64,000 bases of DNA from a virus. The notes below the pieces were generated by a model, which saw only the letters and a list, made by a program, of their open reading frames with translations, did not search any database and had not been told where the DNA came from. The translations under genes were made by a program, and so were the position numbers. The stretch is taken from IMG/VR virus record IMGVR_UViG_3300030390_001550, positions 1 through 64,000 of that record; one strand, given 5' to 3'. This document shows positions 26,805 through 37,144 of the stretch, piece by piece (position 1 is the first letter of the stretch; each line of letters starts with the position of its first letter).

Positions 26805-28136
26805 ATGGCAAAAGCAAATTTTCCAGCAAGTCCGACTAACGGTCAAACTGTTGTTATAGGTGGAATCACCTATATTTACAATAGCAGTAAAGGCATTTGG
26901 CGAGATCAGATTTCTAATATAGGTAATACTTCAGATACTGCCCCAGCAAATGCTGTTGATGGTCAATTATGGTACAATTCTTCTAATGGTGCATTATATG
27001 TGTACTACGATGATGGTACATCAACTCAGTGGGTTGGAGTTTCTGGTCCAGCAGGTGCAGCAGGTGCAGCAGGTGCCGCTGGTGCATCTTCTTCTCCAAC
27101 CTCATATGCAAATCTTGCAGCATTCCCTAGTTCTGGTAATACTGCTGGAAATTTCGGTTTTGCAACTGATACTAAAGCAGTTTATGTTTGGGATGGTACT
27201 GAATGGGACAGAATATACACTGATACAAATGCCGTACCAGAATGGACAACCGCACCGCCAACAACTGCAAATTTAGCTATAGATGGAACTGCAACAAATC
27301 AAACGGTTGTAGCAAGCGACCCAGAAGGATTTCCTATTGAATATTCATATGATACTAATCCATCAAATCAAGCGCAAGCAACTATTTCTCAATCTAGTAA
27401 CGCTTTTACTATTACTCCATCTACAACAGATTCAGATGCTGGAAGTTTCATTTTAAGATATAAAGCGAATGACGGTTTACATAGTACTTCTAAGTCTACA
27501 ACATATACTTTAGAATTTACGACTCCTATGAATGTTTCCACCTCTGGGTCTGGGTCAATGGATATCAATGCAAATTCAACAACAGGTGCGTTAGACATAA
27601 CTTCTGGAGGTTCAACTGAAACTTCTGGAGTTGCTTATGTGCCGACAACAGGTTTGAAACTAGGAAAATATTATATAGAGATAGACATAACTTCTTCTTT
27701 GGGATCACCCAATAATGTTCTAATGTTCGGTATAGGAGATTTAGCAATGGCACAGGCTGGGACTTTGGGTTACAATACTAGCGGTAATGTTCAGATTACG
27801 TTTTACGCAAATACTCCTAGATTTTACCCACACAGCGGAACCAATTCAAGTCTTAGTGCTATAGACGATGGCAGTCTACATACTCTAATGTGGGCATATG
27901 ACACTACCGCTGAAAGGGTATGGTTTGGGGTTGATGGTACTTGGGACACTTCCACAAACACAGGCGGCGCGCCAGGCACTGGAGCGGGCATAGATATATC
28001 TGGAGTCAATTTTACTACTGGACTTGCCTTCACTTTTGGTTCTGCTAATTCTAATGGTGTTGCCACTGCACAATTCGTATCTGGGTCAGGACAAACTTTA
28101 AGTTACACTGTTCCAACTGGCTTTCAGGCGTATTAA
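26805..28136 (+). CDS. Virion fibre/structural protein with Ig-like and SPRY-like domains, paralog 1
   Basis: NFPASPTNGQ, DGQLWYNS...YYDDG.S.QWV, GKYYIE, AYD....VWFG..GTW, PTGF. Confidence 0.8.
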   Translation: MAKANFPASPTNGQTVVIGGITYIYNSSKGIWRDQISNIGNTSDTAPANAVDGQLWYNSSNGALYVYYDDGTSTQWVGVSGPAGAAGAAGAAGASSSPTSYANLAAFPSSGNTAGNFGFATDTKAVYVWDGTEWDRIYTDTNAVPEWTTAPPTTANLAIDGTATNQTVVASDPEGFPIEYSYDTNPSNQAQATISQSSNAFTITPSTTDSDAGSFILRYKANDGLHSTSKSTTYTLEFTTPMNVSTSGSGSMDINANSTTGALDITSGGSTETSGVAYVPTTGLKLGKYYIEIDITSSLGSPNNVLMFGIGDLAMAQAGTLGYNTSGNVQITFYANTPRFYPHSGTNSSLSAIDDGSLHTLMWAYDTTAERVWFGVDGTWDTSTNTGGAPGTGAGIDISGVNFTTGLAFTFGSANSNGVATAQFVSGSGQTLSYTVPTGFQAY

Positions 28137-28150
28137 AGGATAAATAAAAC

Positions 28151-29410
28151 ATGGCAATAAACTTTCCAGATAGTCCAACACATAATCAAAGTGCAACACT
28201 AGCAGGAAAATCATTCACCTATGATTCAGATGTATCTGGATGGAATGTCAGTTCTTCTGCTAATTCTACTCTTGATAGCGCAGATGTTACTAATATAGTT
28301 GATAGTGATTATGTATCACTAAGGTCAAGTAGTGGGGGTGGAGTCACTGTGTATGCCAATCTTGCTGCATTTCCTTCAAGTGGAAATACTGCTGGTGATC
28401 TTGGTTTCGCGACTAATACCAAAGCATCATATATGTGGGATGGTGTTGCATGGCAGAGAATGTCCATAGGAACTCAAATTGGCCCTAGATTTACCACAAC
28501 ACCAGCAGCATCTCTTTCTTTGAATGCTGATGGTACAACATCAACTATTACTGCTGTTGCAACTGATGAATCTGGATTCCCAGTGACTTATGATTGGGAT
28601 GCGTATAGTGGATCAACCCTATATAATGCTGATAGTTTACCATCACAAGTCACTGCATTGTCTCAATCTAACGGCGTTTTTACTCTTACACCATCTACAG
28701 CAGAGGCAAACGCTGGAGATTTTTCTTTTAGAGTAAAGGCTTCCGATGGAGTTTTAGCAACTCCTATAACATCGTTAATATCCTTGGCATTTAGTCTGAC
28801 CATTACTATTGCAGCACGACAAACTAGAGGTTCCAATTATGTTGAACCAACATCTACTGGTGTTACTCAATTTAATTATGCCTCCGCTGCTTCTGGTTCT
28901 AATTATAATTATTTTCCAGAAGGTGCTACTGAAGCCGCAGCAAGTTGGCCTACTGGTAAGAGATATATTGAAGCAAAATGGACATCAACAGATGGTTCTT
29001 TTGGATCATTTATGCTTGGAGTAGGAGAACGAACTGCTTCTCACAACAATGCTTCTACTGGTGGATACACTACTTCAGGTACAACTTCAGCGTATGCATA
29101 TACAGACACTGGTGGCAATTATATCGCTGCTGGAAACAACCAAACCAGCGGTCTTGGCGCATATGTATTGAATGATGTATTTACAATTGCATACGATACT
29201 GATGCAGAAAAGATATGGATTGGTAAAAATGGCACTTGGGGGTCGGGTTGTGGAGATCCAGGTGCTGGCGGTGCTGGATTTCCTTTATCATATGCTAATG
29301 AAGGATATGCTTTTGTCGTGGCCTCGGTGTCAAATAATGGCGGCAACGATTTTACACTTACTTGGGGTGGGTCTGATTATACCATACCAACTGGATTTAC
29401 TAAATTTTAA
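28151..29410 (+). CDS. Virion fibre/structural protein with SPRY-like domain, paralog 2
   Basis: MAINFPDSP, shared YANLAAFPSSGNTAG module, GKRYIE, IWIGKNGTW, PTGF. Confidence 0.8.
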   Translation: MAINFPDSPTHNQSATLAGKSFTYDSDVSGWNVSSSANSTLDSADVTNIVDSDYVSLRSSSGGGVTVYANLAAFPSSGNTAGDLGFATNTKASYMWDGVAWQRMSIGTQIGPRFTTTPAASLSLNADGTTSTITAVATDESGFPVTYDWDAYSGSTLYNADSLPSQVTALSQSNGVFTLTPSTAEANAGDFSFRVKASDGVLATPITSLISLAFSLTITIAARQTRGSNYVEPTSTGVTQFNYASAASGSNYNYFPEGATEAAASWPTGKRYIEAKWTSTDGSFGSFMLGVGERTASHNNASTGGYTTSGTTSAYAYTDTGGNYIAAGNNQTSGLGAYVLNDVFTIAYDTDAEKIWIGKNGTWGSGCGDPGAGGAGFPLSYANEGYAFVVASVSNNGGNDFTLTWGGSDYTIPTGFTKF

Positions 29411-29468
29411 TTGTCACACTTAATTTTGTACTATATACTAAGTAAATAAAATTCTTATGGAGAAAAAA

Positions 29469-29705
29469 ATGACTACTGAAAATGAACAAACGAATGAAAT
29501 GCCAAAAGTTGACATTACACCAAACGATCTTATGGTTATCAGACAAGTATTTGATGCATCAAGCCAAGCAGGAATTTTTAAAGCACAAGATTTAACCACT
29601 GTTGGTTTCGTGTATGATAAAGTACATGCTATTGTTGAAGGTATCATTGCTGCCGCCAAAGCAGATGAAGAGAGCAACAGTTCTGAAGAATCAAAAGAAG
29701 AATAA
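29469..29705 (+). CDS. Hypothetical protein
   Basis: GGAG RBS; D..S.RG.FKA.EL..VG-like family. Confidence 0.7.
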   Translation: MTTENEQTNEMPKVDITPNDLMVIRQVFDASSQAGIFKAQDLTTVGFVYDKVHAIVEGIIAAAKADEESNSSEESKEE

Positions 29706-29741
29706 TTGAATTTTTTGTTATGATCAATCTAAGGAAAGAAC

Positions 29742-30095
29742 ATGGCAAATAAAAAACCAAAGCAACTTGAACATGAATCAAAGTATGAATACCTAGATAG
29801 GGACGGGGATGGAATCATCTCTGATGATGAAATGGCAAATGAAAAAAGAATGATTGAACTAGAAGATTTACGTTCTGATATGGAAAATGAGGACAAGAAG
29901 CAAGATGCTCAAAGAGCAATGGCATGGTTCGCGCTTGCTGGAATGTTACTATATCCATTTGCTGTTGTCCTCGCTGCATGGGTAGGTCTTGAAAAAGCAC
30001 CTAATATTCTTGGTGATATGGCCCCTACATACTTTGTTTCTGTTGCTGCTATTGTTGCAGCATTTTATGCTAAAGAAGTTCTACACAAGAAATGA
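29742..30095 (+). CDS. Holin-like two-TM protein with EF-hand-like loop
   Basis: DRDGDGIISDDE; QRAMAWFAL; two TM helices. Confidence 0.65.
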   Translation: MANKKPKQLEHESKYEYLDRDGDGIISDDEMANEKRMIELEDLRSDMENEDKKQDAQRAMAWFALAGMLLYPFAVVLAAWVGLEKAPNILGDMAPTYFVSVAAIVAAFYAKEVLHKK

Positions 30096-30217
30096 AAAAT
30101 ATTAACACGATCAGAGATGTGTGTTATAATTGTAAGTGTAAATCTCACTGCGAGAAAGAATGTAAGTCTTGCAGAAATGATGTTTGTATAAAATGCGAGT
30201 GTCCTCGCTGTAAATAA
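30092..30217 (+). CDS. Cys-rich metallothionein-like peptide (41 aa, not in track)
   Basis: 10 Cys plus His in CxxCxC/CxC arrays; ATGA overlap with the holin stop. Confidence 0.6.
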   Translation: MKNINTIRDVCYNCKCKSHCEKECKSCRNDVCIKCECPRCK

Positions 30218-30231
30218 AATTGGAATGTATT

Positions 30232-31014
30232 ATGAAAAGACTTATATATCAAGTTTACGTTGGAAAGCGTTCAAAACTTTATGACCATTGTACACAGTCT
30301 GTGAAAGATTATTGTAAACGTCACAGCATAGATTATGAAGTTCAAAGATCACCTATTCTTATGATTAAGCCTGATGTATTTTCTACAAACCGTAGTAAAG
30401 AATCGTATGAAAAGCATGGTGGCTATCTTCCAATATATGAAAAAGAAAATGCATTCACTTATCTTAGATCATACGATCAAGTAGCAATTATTGATGCTGA
30501 TGTGTGGATTCGTCCAGACGCTCCAAATATCTTTGATGAACTACCTGAAGGTTATGATTTTGGTGCTGTTTGTGAAAGAGAAATGCCTATCAATAATCAG
30601 TATATGGCAAAAATTGCCAATTATTCTAGAATGCAATACAGCACGATTAAATCTGTTGATTGGAAATGGAATAATAAAACAGGTGGTCAGTTTTTCAATA
30701 TGGGCATCATGGTTATGAACAAATCAATTGAAAAGTACTTGAAAGGTGAAACTCCAGCACAATTTATTCGTAGACCAGAGTTCAAACCTTTTGTTGATGG
30801 TATGGGTGCTTGGAAATGGTCAACAGACCAAACACTTCTCAATACTTGGATTAGAGAGGAAAAAATGGCAATCAAGCATTTAGATTGGAAATGGAATGGT
30901 TTGTTCACTGCTAACACTAAAATTAAAGAATGTCACTTTGTGCATTTCTTCTTAAAAGATAAACTACCAAATCGTGGTGAGAATGTAGAAGAATTGAGAA
31001 AGGTTGTAGAATGA
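30232..31014 (+). CDS. Glycosyltransferase (GT-A, GT8/GT34-like)
   Basis: IIDAD, FNMG, TDQ.LLN, WN, HFF. Confidence 0.85.
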   Translation: MKRLIYQVYVGKRSKLYDHCTQSVKDYCKRHSIDYEVQRSPILMIKPDVFSTNRSKESYEKHGGYLPIYEKENAFTYLRSYDQVAIIDADVWIRPDAPNIFDELPEGYDFGAVCEREMPINNQYMAKIANYSRMQYSTIKSVDWKWNNKTGGQFFNMGIMVMNKSIEKYLKGETPAQFIRRPEFKPFVDGMGAWKWSTDQTLLNTWIREEKMAIKHLDWKWNGLFTANTKIKECHFVHFFLKDKLPNRGENVEELRKVVE

Positions 31015-31706
31015 TACAAAAGTTTTTTATCCATATTCCGAAAAACGGTGGAATGAGTATTAGACGTAGCAATATTGCTAGACCTAAAGTAATGATTGCA
31101 GCACCACAAACTCACAAAACTGGCGAATACACCCAAGCGGTTAGAAATAAAATGCAATCGCTTGGTGAGCATGATGGTTTTGAACACGCTAGATGGAAAG
31201 ATATTAGCAAGGGTTTACAAGACAAAATGCAGTTTTTTGCGATTGTAAGAAATCCTTGGGACAGAGTTGTTTCTCGTTACTTTTTTGCTAAAAAGGTTAT
31301 TTACCTTGAAGAAAATTCAGATCATTATGGTGAGACTGAATATTCAGATTGCTCATCATTTGAGGCTTTTCTTGAGGAAAGGCATAAATGGGGTGGACAT
31401 GAATACATGTGGCACAGAGCCATTCGTGGTTGGTATCCAGCAAAAGATTATGTAACTTGTGATAAAGGTATTATGCGTTGTGATATTTTACGACTTGAGC
31501 ATTTAGATGAAGAGATATGTAAATATTTAAATTTGCCATTTATGACAGGACCAAGAAATGTAACTGCTGTTAATGATAAGCGTTATCAAGACATATATAC
31601 ACCAGAGACGATTCAAATTGTTGCGGATTGGTATAAAAATGATATTGAGCAGTGGGGTTTTGATTTTGATACACCTGCACAAAAAAACTATTGGTGTGAA
31701 GATTAA
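31011..31706 (+). CDS. Sulfotransferase family 2
   Basis: FIHIPKNGG.S (5'-PSB), VRNPWDR.VS.Y (3'-PB). Confidence 0.9.
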   Translation: MIQKFFIHIPKNGGMSIRRSNIARPKVMIAAPQTHKTGEYTQAVRNKMQSLGEHDGFEHARWKDISKGLQDKMQFFAIVRNPWDRVVSRYFFAKKVIYLEENSDHYGETEYSDCSSFEAFLEERHKWGGHEYMWHRAIRGWYPAKDYVTCDKGIMRCDILRLEHLDEEICKYLNLPFMTGPRNVTAVNDKRYQDIYTPETIQIVADWYKNDIEQWGFDFDTPAQKNYWCED

Positions 31707-31719
31707 TATTGAGAATTGA

Positions 31720-32415
31720 ATGAAAACTAATATAATATATAATTCTATATCAGAAAAATCATCTGAAAATGCTCTACTTTGTAGACAATCTTTTAATAAT
31801 TTTAAAGGTTGGGATGTTGAAATATTTGATGGTTGTAATCCATTAAACTTACATAAATATCACAATAAATATAATTTGAAAACCACTGAGAGAACACTAC
31901 ATCAAGATAGACCATTAGTGAAAATACATTCAAAGAAATGTTGTTTTTATTCCCATTACGAGTTATGGAATAGATGTGCTGAATCTGGAAAAAATATGGT
32001 TATAGTTGAGCATGATACTGAGTGTGTATTAGACAACAATATACCAGAGTTTGACCCAAAAGAAAAACTTGCAATGCAATTAAGTACTGATACCATTTTA
32101 TGGAATTGGCCTTGGTACAATACCGAAAAAAATAAAGAAAAATATGAAAAAAATGGTAGTGGTGTGCATGAAATATTTTATTCACAACCCAATGGTGTAA
32201 AATGTATGTCTGGTAATACTGCATATTTAATAACACCAGCGGCATGTGAGCATTTAATACAAGATTGTATTAAAAATGGATGGACGCAAAACGATTTGTT
32301 AATAAATACAAGCCAATTTCCATTATATTACTATGCGCCTTCACCAATCGCATATATAAAGTCAAGAGAATTGAGATCATCTAGTGTGGGCGTAATAAAG
32401 GATTTTATTAAATGA
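31720..32415 (+). CDS. Glycosyltransferase family 25-like
   Basis: C.YSH..LW..C, IVEHD, AYLITP.A. Confidence 0.8.
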   Translation: MKTNIIYNSISEKSSENALLCRQSFNNFKGWDVEIFDGCNPLNLHKYHNKYNLKTTERTLHQDRPLVKIHSKKCCFYSHYELWNRCAESGKNMVIVEHDTECVLDNNIPEFDPKEKLAMQLSTDTILWNWPWYNTEKNKEKYEKNGSGVHEIFYSQPNGVKCMSGNTAYLITPAACEHLIQDCIKNGWTQNDLLINTSQFPLYYYAPSPIAYIKSRELRSSSVGVIKDFIK

Positions 32416-32984
32416 TTAAAGCAGATTTGTTAGGAATAGATACTTTAGAAGAATGGTATAAATCTATTGTTAATCAACAAGAACAAGCGCATGGAGAACA
32501 TTATTGTGCAATGCATAACGCTATTCAAGAGTGTTTGAGCGAAAGTAAGACATACAAAGAACTTGGTACAATGCAAGGTGGGACCGCCGCCGCTGCGTTG
32601 TTTTCTACACCTCATCCAATAAGAGTTGATTTGGTTGATATTAATATGAGTAGATTTAATCCCCACAAACATCTTTTTGATGATTGGTGTAGTAAAAATA
32701 ATATTGAATTGAATGTTATGGAATGTGATTCAAGGCATCCTGATTGTGTTAGCGAAGTTGACGTTCTACTTATAGACTCAGTGCATTTAAGACCACATAT
32801 GGAAAGTGAATTAAAGGCACACGCTAATACTGTGCAAAAATACATAGTATTTCATGATACAACAGCAAGACGCGATCTGGCACAAGGAATCGAAAAATTT
32901 TGTAGTAAGATTAACCCTTGGGTTTTACATGAAAAGTTTTTACCTAATGTTGGATACACCGTATTAAAAAGAGTTGGTGCGTAA
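32412..32984 (+). CDS. SAM-dependent methyltransferase (Methyltransf_24-like)
   Basis: ELGT..G, D.LLIDS.H, YIVFHDT. Confidence 0.8.
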   Translation: MIKADLLGIDTLEEWYKSIVNQQEQAHGEHYCAMHNAIQECLSESKTYKELGTMQGGTAAAALFSTPHPIRVDLVDINMSRFNPHKHLFDDWCSKNNIELNVMECDSRHPDCVSEVDVLLIDSVHLRPHMESELKAHANTVQKYIVFHDTTARRDLAQGIEKFCSKINPWVLHEKFLPNVGYTVLKRVGA

Positions 32985-33006
32985 TGATAATTGCAGAAAA
33001 ATGTAA

Positions 33007-33972
33007 ATGAGTAAAATTTTTATTACAGGTATAGCTGGATTTATCGGTTACCATCTTGCAAGAAAGCTATTCTCCCAAGGACATGACGTTTCGGGATTAG
33101 ACAGCTTTAATGATTATTATGATCCATCACTAAAGAGGATCAGAGCATCTAAATTGTCTGATTTGGGAATAGAAGTATTTGAATGCAATCTAACCTCTGA
33201 TGCGTTCAAATTTTATAAAAATGCACATAGGCTTACTATACCTCAACCGTCTTTAGACGGTGTTGAAACCGTCATACATCTTGCGGCATATGCTGGTGTT
33301 AGACACTCAATGTTAGACCCGCATCTTTATATCCAGAATAACATTATCGCATCACAAAACTTAATTGACAGGTGTGAGAAAGACGGCGTAAATAGAATTT
33401 TATATGCGTCAACATCGTGCGTCATGGCGGGTAATCCACTGCCTTGGAAAGAGGATGTGAACTTAGGTCACCAATTAAATCCTTACGGCTTTACAAAAGC
33501 GACTACAGAATCTCAGTTCAAAACCAGCAAAATTAAAAATACTACTGGACTTAGATTTTTTACTGTATATGGTCCTTGGGGTCGCCCCGACATGGCACTA
33601 TTTGACTTTACTAAAAACATTATTGCGGGCAATCCTATAAAGCTATTCAACAATGGAGATATGACTAGAGATTTTACTTATATTGATGATATTGTAAACG
33701 GAATCTTACTTCTTTTGACCGCTGATGGCAAAGAAATATATAACATTGGTCGCGGCGAAAAAGTTAAATTGCTAGATTTTGTTCATGAAATTGAAAATAA
33801 CTTAAATATAAAAGCGATCAAAGAAATGGTGCCTATGCATCCAGCAGATACTCAAACTACATGGTCTGATACAACTAAAATAAAAAAACTAGGATATAAT
33901 CCAAAAGTATCAATTGGTGAAGGAATAGAAAATTTCGTAAATTGGTACAAATTTTATTATAAAGTGAATTAA
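33007..33972 (+). CDS. NAD-dependent epimerase (UDP-glucuronate 4-epimerase-like)
   Basis: TGIAGFIG, HLAA.AGVR.S, Y..TK, RFFTVYGPWGRPDMA, RDFTYIDD. Confidence 0.92.
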   Translation: MSKIFITGIAGFIGYHLARKLFSQGHDVSGLDSFNDYYDPSLKRIRASKLSDLGIEVFECNLTSDAFKFYKNAHRLTIPQPSLDGVETVIHLAAYAGVRHSMLDPHLYIQNNIIASQNLIDRCEKDGVNRILYASTSCVMAGNPLPWKEDVNLGHQLNPYGFTKATTESQFKTSKIKNTTGLRFFTVYGPWGRPDMALFDFTKNIIAGNPIKLFNNGDMTRDFTYIDDIVNGILLLLTADGKEIYNIGRGEKVKLLDFVHEIENNLNIKAIKEMVPMHPADTQTTWSDTTKIKKLGYNPKVSIGEGIENFVNWYKFYYKVN

Positions 33973-33974
33973 AT

Positions 33975-34643
33975 ATGTCAAAAAATATAATACTCCAACA
34001 TTGGGTTGGTAAATTAAGCGAATTAGAAAAATCATCTATTGAAGATATGAAGTCTTATGCCGAATATTGTGGGGCTGAACATAGATTAATAGAGGGATAT
34101 TTTTTAGATGGGCTGTGTCCACAAGGGCAAAAACTTCATATGTTAAATGAAGTTTTTGATGATTACGATATCGTAGTAATGTTAGACCCTGATATGTTTA
34201 CAAACAAACTTAAAAAAACAAAAAATATATTCACAGAAGAAACTGGTATTGGTAGGTATTTTGGATTACAACCAAAAATTCATAAAAAAGTAGTAATGAA
34301 ACATCCTATGTTGTCTAATATTAATAATGCATTTTGGGGTGGTGCAATATATAGATTAGAAAGAGAAATGAGAAAAAAATTGCGACAGCATATAGTTATT
34401 GGTGAACTTTCTCAATTTAATAATGAGTTTTTTGATGAAGGAATGATGCACAGACTTGCTGTTAAAACGGATATTAAAAATGAATCCAAATATCATATTG
34501 ATAGAGGTCAATGGGATTCTAGTAGTTATGAAAATAATAATAATTCTGAAATAATACATATTCGGCCTAGAAGATCATTAGGTGGCCCATGGACTCCAAA
34601 AATTCAAATATATAGAGAATTGAAGGAAAGGGGATTAATATGA
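33975..34643 (+). CDS. Putative glycosyltransferase
   Basis: MLDPDMF (DxD), DEG.MH.LA, IIHIR. Confidence 0.7.
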   Translation: MSKNIILQHWVGKLSELEKSSIEDMKSYAEYCGAEHRLIEGYFLDGLCPQGQKLHMLNEVFDDYDIVVMLDPDMFTNKLKKTKNIFTEETGIGRYFGLQPKIHKKVVMKHPMLSNINNAFWGGAIYRLEREMRKKLRQHIVIGELSQFNNEFFDEGMMHRLAVKTDIKNESKYHIDRGQWDSSSYENNNNSEIIHIRPRRSLGGPWTPKIQIYRELKERGLI

Positions 34644-35335
34644 AGGCATATTGTATAACCCTAAAAGATGATGAACTAAGTGAAAATGGTTTTAACAAAG
34701 TATGGCAAAGTGCTAAAGAACTAAATTGTGATTTCTATGTAGAGAGATTTGATGCTACAAATGAAAAAAATGCTAATAGACAGTTGCTTGATTGGGATTT
34801 ATTTTGGAATTATCCATGGGAAGGTAAGGTTACCGATATTGCAACAGGTCTTACTAAATCTGCATATCCTACAGCGATCAAAGAAAGAAGAATTGCTTGT
34901 GCTATAAGTCATTTTAGATTATGGACGAAATGTTTTGAAATAAAAGAACCAATTCTTATATTGGAGCATGATGCCAAATTTGTTAAAAAATTAGATTATC
35001 AATATATTTTAGATTCAAAATATAAAGTAGTGGGGATAAATAATCCTATTGGTGCAACAAGACGCGCTAGGCAATATCATGATATTATTCAGCGAAACCA
35101 TAATCCAATTCAAGGGATACCTCATATTGACGAATGGAATATTCCTCAAGGTTTGGCGGGAAATTCTGCATATATTATTAAACCAGAGGGGGCCGAAAAA
35201 CTCATATCAAATGTATTTAATTATGGGCTTTGGCCTAATGACGCTATTATGTGTAAACAATTAGTTGATGATATGGGGGTTACTAAAATTTTCTATACCG
35301 AAATTCAAGGTTTAAAATCAACAACAACTCAATAG
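34640..35335 (+). CDS. Glycosyltransferase family 25-like
   Basis: AC..SH..LW, ILEHDA, GNSAYIIKP.GA, PND. Confidence 0.85.
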   Translation: MKAYCITLKDDELSENGFNKVWQSAKELNCDFYVERFDATNEKNANRQLLDWDLFWNYPWEGKVTDIATGLTKSAYPTAIKERRIACAISHFRLWTKCFEIKEPILILEHDAKFVKKLDYQYILDSKYKVVGINNPIGATRRARQYHDIIQRNHNPIQGIPHIDEWNIPQGLAGNSAYIIKPEGAEKLISNVFNYGLWPNDAIMCKQLVDDMGVTKIFYTEIQGLKSTTTQ

Positions 35336-35345
35336 GTAAATTATA

Positions 35346-36008
35346 TTGAAAAAGATTGATATCTTTTATGCTGCTCTAAACGCAAAAAAATTTGAAAGAT
35401 TAAATGATTTCTATTATTACTGTATAGATTATGCTAATAATGGTCTTGCTTTAGATATAGGGTCTGATAATTTTTTAGGTCTAACAAAAAAGTTATTAGA
35501 CAAACAGTGGGTTGGAGATATATGTGCATTTGATCTTCAAGATTTAAAAGAATATGATAATAAGATTGAGTTTTATAGTGGCGATGTTTTGGATACAATA
35601 ACATCAGTTTTAGAAGATAAGAATAAAAAAATCTCTATTTTGGAGATAGATTTAAGAGAACCTACAATTTCTTTAAATGAGGATTTAGATTTGAAAAGAA
35701 ATAGGGTGAATGAAGTATTGACTTTATGTGATGATTATTTGAATGATAATGTAGTGATTATAATAAATGAATTTATGAACGATGTGTGGGGCAGTATAAA
35801 TCCAGATGGGTATTTTCTAGCAGATTTTTTTGAAAAAAATAATAAGTCTTATGAATGTCTGGGATATCTACCGTATTATCTAAGTTATAATGGTGAATTA
35901 TTAGGTAACGAAGGTGCAACTGCTTGGGTTGTATCTGATAGTAAAAGTTTACAAGGAAACGATCTTAAAAATCTTATAAATCAATTATGGACACATAGTC
36001 CATTTTAA
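35346..36008 (+). CDS. Degenerate methyltransferase-like protein
   Basis: LALDIG, AFD, IIINEF pattern resembles TylF/Methyltransf_24 but motifs are eroded. Confidence 0.5.
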   Translation: MKKIDIFYAALNAKKFERLNDFYYYCIDYANNGLALDIGSDNFLGLTKKLLDKQWVGDICAFDLQDLKEYDNKIEFYSGDVLDTITSVLEDKNKKISILEIDLREPTISLNEDLDLKRNRVNEVLTLCDDYLNDNVVIIINEFMNDVWGSINPDGYFLADFFEKNNKSYECLGYLPYYLSYNGELLGNEGATAWVVSDSKSLQGNDLKNLINQLWTHSPF

Positions 36009-36032
36009 ACAACCAAGAAAGGTTAAAAACAA

Positions 36033-37091
36033 ATGAAAAAACTTTTAGCAATCGTAGCAGCGGGAATGATGTTAGCAACAAGCGCATTCGCTGGGGATAA
36101 AGTAAAAGTAGGGTTTGTCTACGTTGGACCAACTGGTGATCATGGGTGGACATATCGTCATGATATTGGTCGCCAAGGAGTGCAAGACCATTTCGGTGAC
36201 AAAGTTGAAACTGTATATGTAGAAAGTGTTAAAGAAGGTCCAGACGCTGCAAGAGTTATTCGTGGTATGGTAATGGACGGTGCTGATATTATTTTTACAA
36301 CATCTTTTGGATATATGGAACAAACGCTAAAAATGGCGAAAATGTTTCCTAATGTAAAATTTGAACACGCAACTGGATATAAGCAAGCAAAGAATATGTC
36401 TAGTTATGGGCTTAGATTATATCAAGCACGACACGTACAAGGTATTATTGCTGGACTTATGACAAAAACAAATAAGATTTGTTATGTTGCAGCATATCCA
36501 ATTCCAGAAGTTATTCGTGAAATTAATACCTATTTTATGGGCGCACGTAGAATGAATCCAGACGTTGAAATGGATATTGTATGGGTAAATACTTGGTATG
36601 ATCCCGGAAAAGAGTCGGATGCTGCTAAAGCCCTCATGTCCCAAGGTTGTGATATGATTGCACAACACACAGACTCTCCTGCGCCAATGCAAGCAGCAGA
36701 GGCACAAGGTAGACATGGCTTTGGTCAGGCATCAGATCAAATTGTGTTCGCGCCAGATGCACAATTGACTGCAACTATTGATAACTGGACTCCTTATTAT
36801 ATTCGTAAAGTTGGAGCAGTTATTGATGGAACTTGGGAGAGTGAGAACTATTTTGGTGGTATGAAAGAGGGTGGTGTGCAAATGGCCCCATTTACCAATA
36901 TGCCAGATGCAGTTCGCGCCAAAGCACAAGAGGTAAAAGACCAAATTGAAAATGGCGAATACTTTGCTTTCACTGGGCCATTATATGATAATGAAGGAAA
37001 TCTTCAACTCGCTGAAGGTGAGGTCGCAACTGATTTTCAGTTAAATTCAATGAATTATTATGTTGAAGGAATTAACGCGAAAGTACCTTAA
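36033..37091 (+). CDS. BMP-family ABC transporter substrate-binding protein (purine/nucleoside type)
   Basis: Signal peptide; GFVYVGP.GD.GWTY.H, TSFGYM, PIPEVIR.IN, W.DP.KE, QHTDS. Confidence 0.92.
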   Translation: MKKLLAIVAAGMMLATSAFAGDKVKVGFVYVGPTGDHGWTYRHDIGRQGVQDHFGDKVETVYVESVKEGPDAARVIRGMVMDGADIIFTTSFGYMEQTLKMAKMFPNVKFEHATGYKQAKNMSSYGLRLYQARHVQGIIAGLMTKTNKICYVAAYPIPEVIREINTYFMGARRMNPDVEMDIVWVNTWYDPGKESDAAKALMSQGCDMIAQHTDSPAPMQAAEAQGRHGFGQASDQIVFAPDAQLTATIDNWTPYYIRKVGAVIDGTWESENYFGGMKEGGVQMAPFTNMPDAVRAKAQEVKDQIENGEYFAFTGPLYDNEGNLQLAEGEVATDFQLNSMNYYVEGINAKVP

Positions 37092-37102
37092 ATAATTATT
37101 AA

Positions 37103-37130
37103 TGGAGACTCCAATGGAGTCTCCAACTTT
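37103..37130 (+). terminator. Rho-independent terminator
   Basis: TGGAGACTCC-AAT-GGAGTCTCCA then ACTTT. Confidence 0.75.
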
Positions 37131-37144
37131 AGGATTGATTTAAT

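Noticed and set aside
26805-29410. Diversity-generating retroelement acting on fibre genes
   Set aside because: No reverse transcriptase and no adenine-specific TR/VR pair; similarity is ordinary paralogy.
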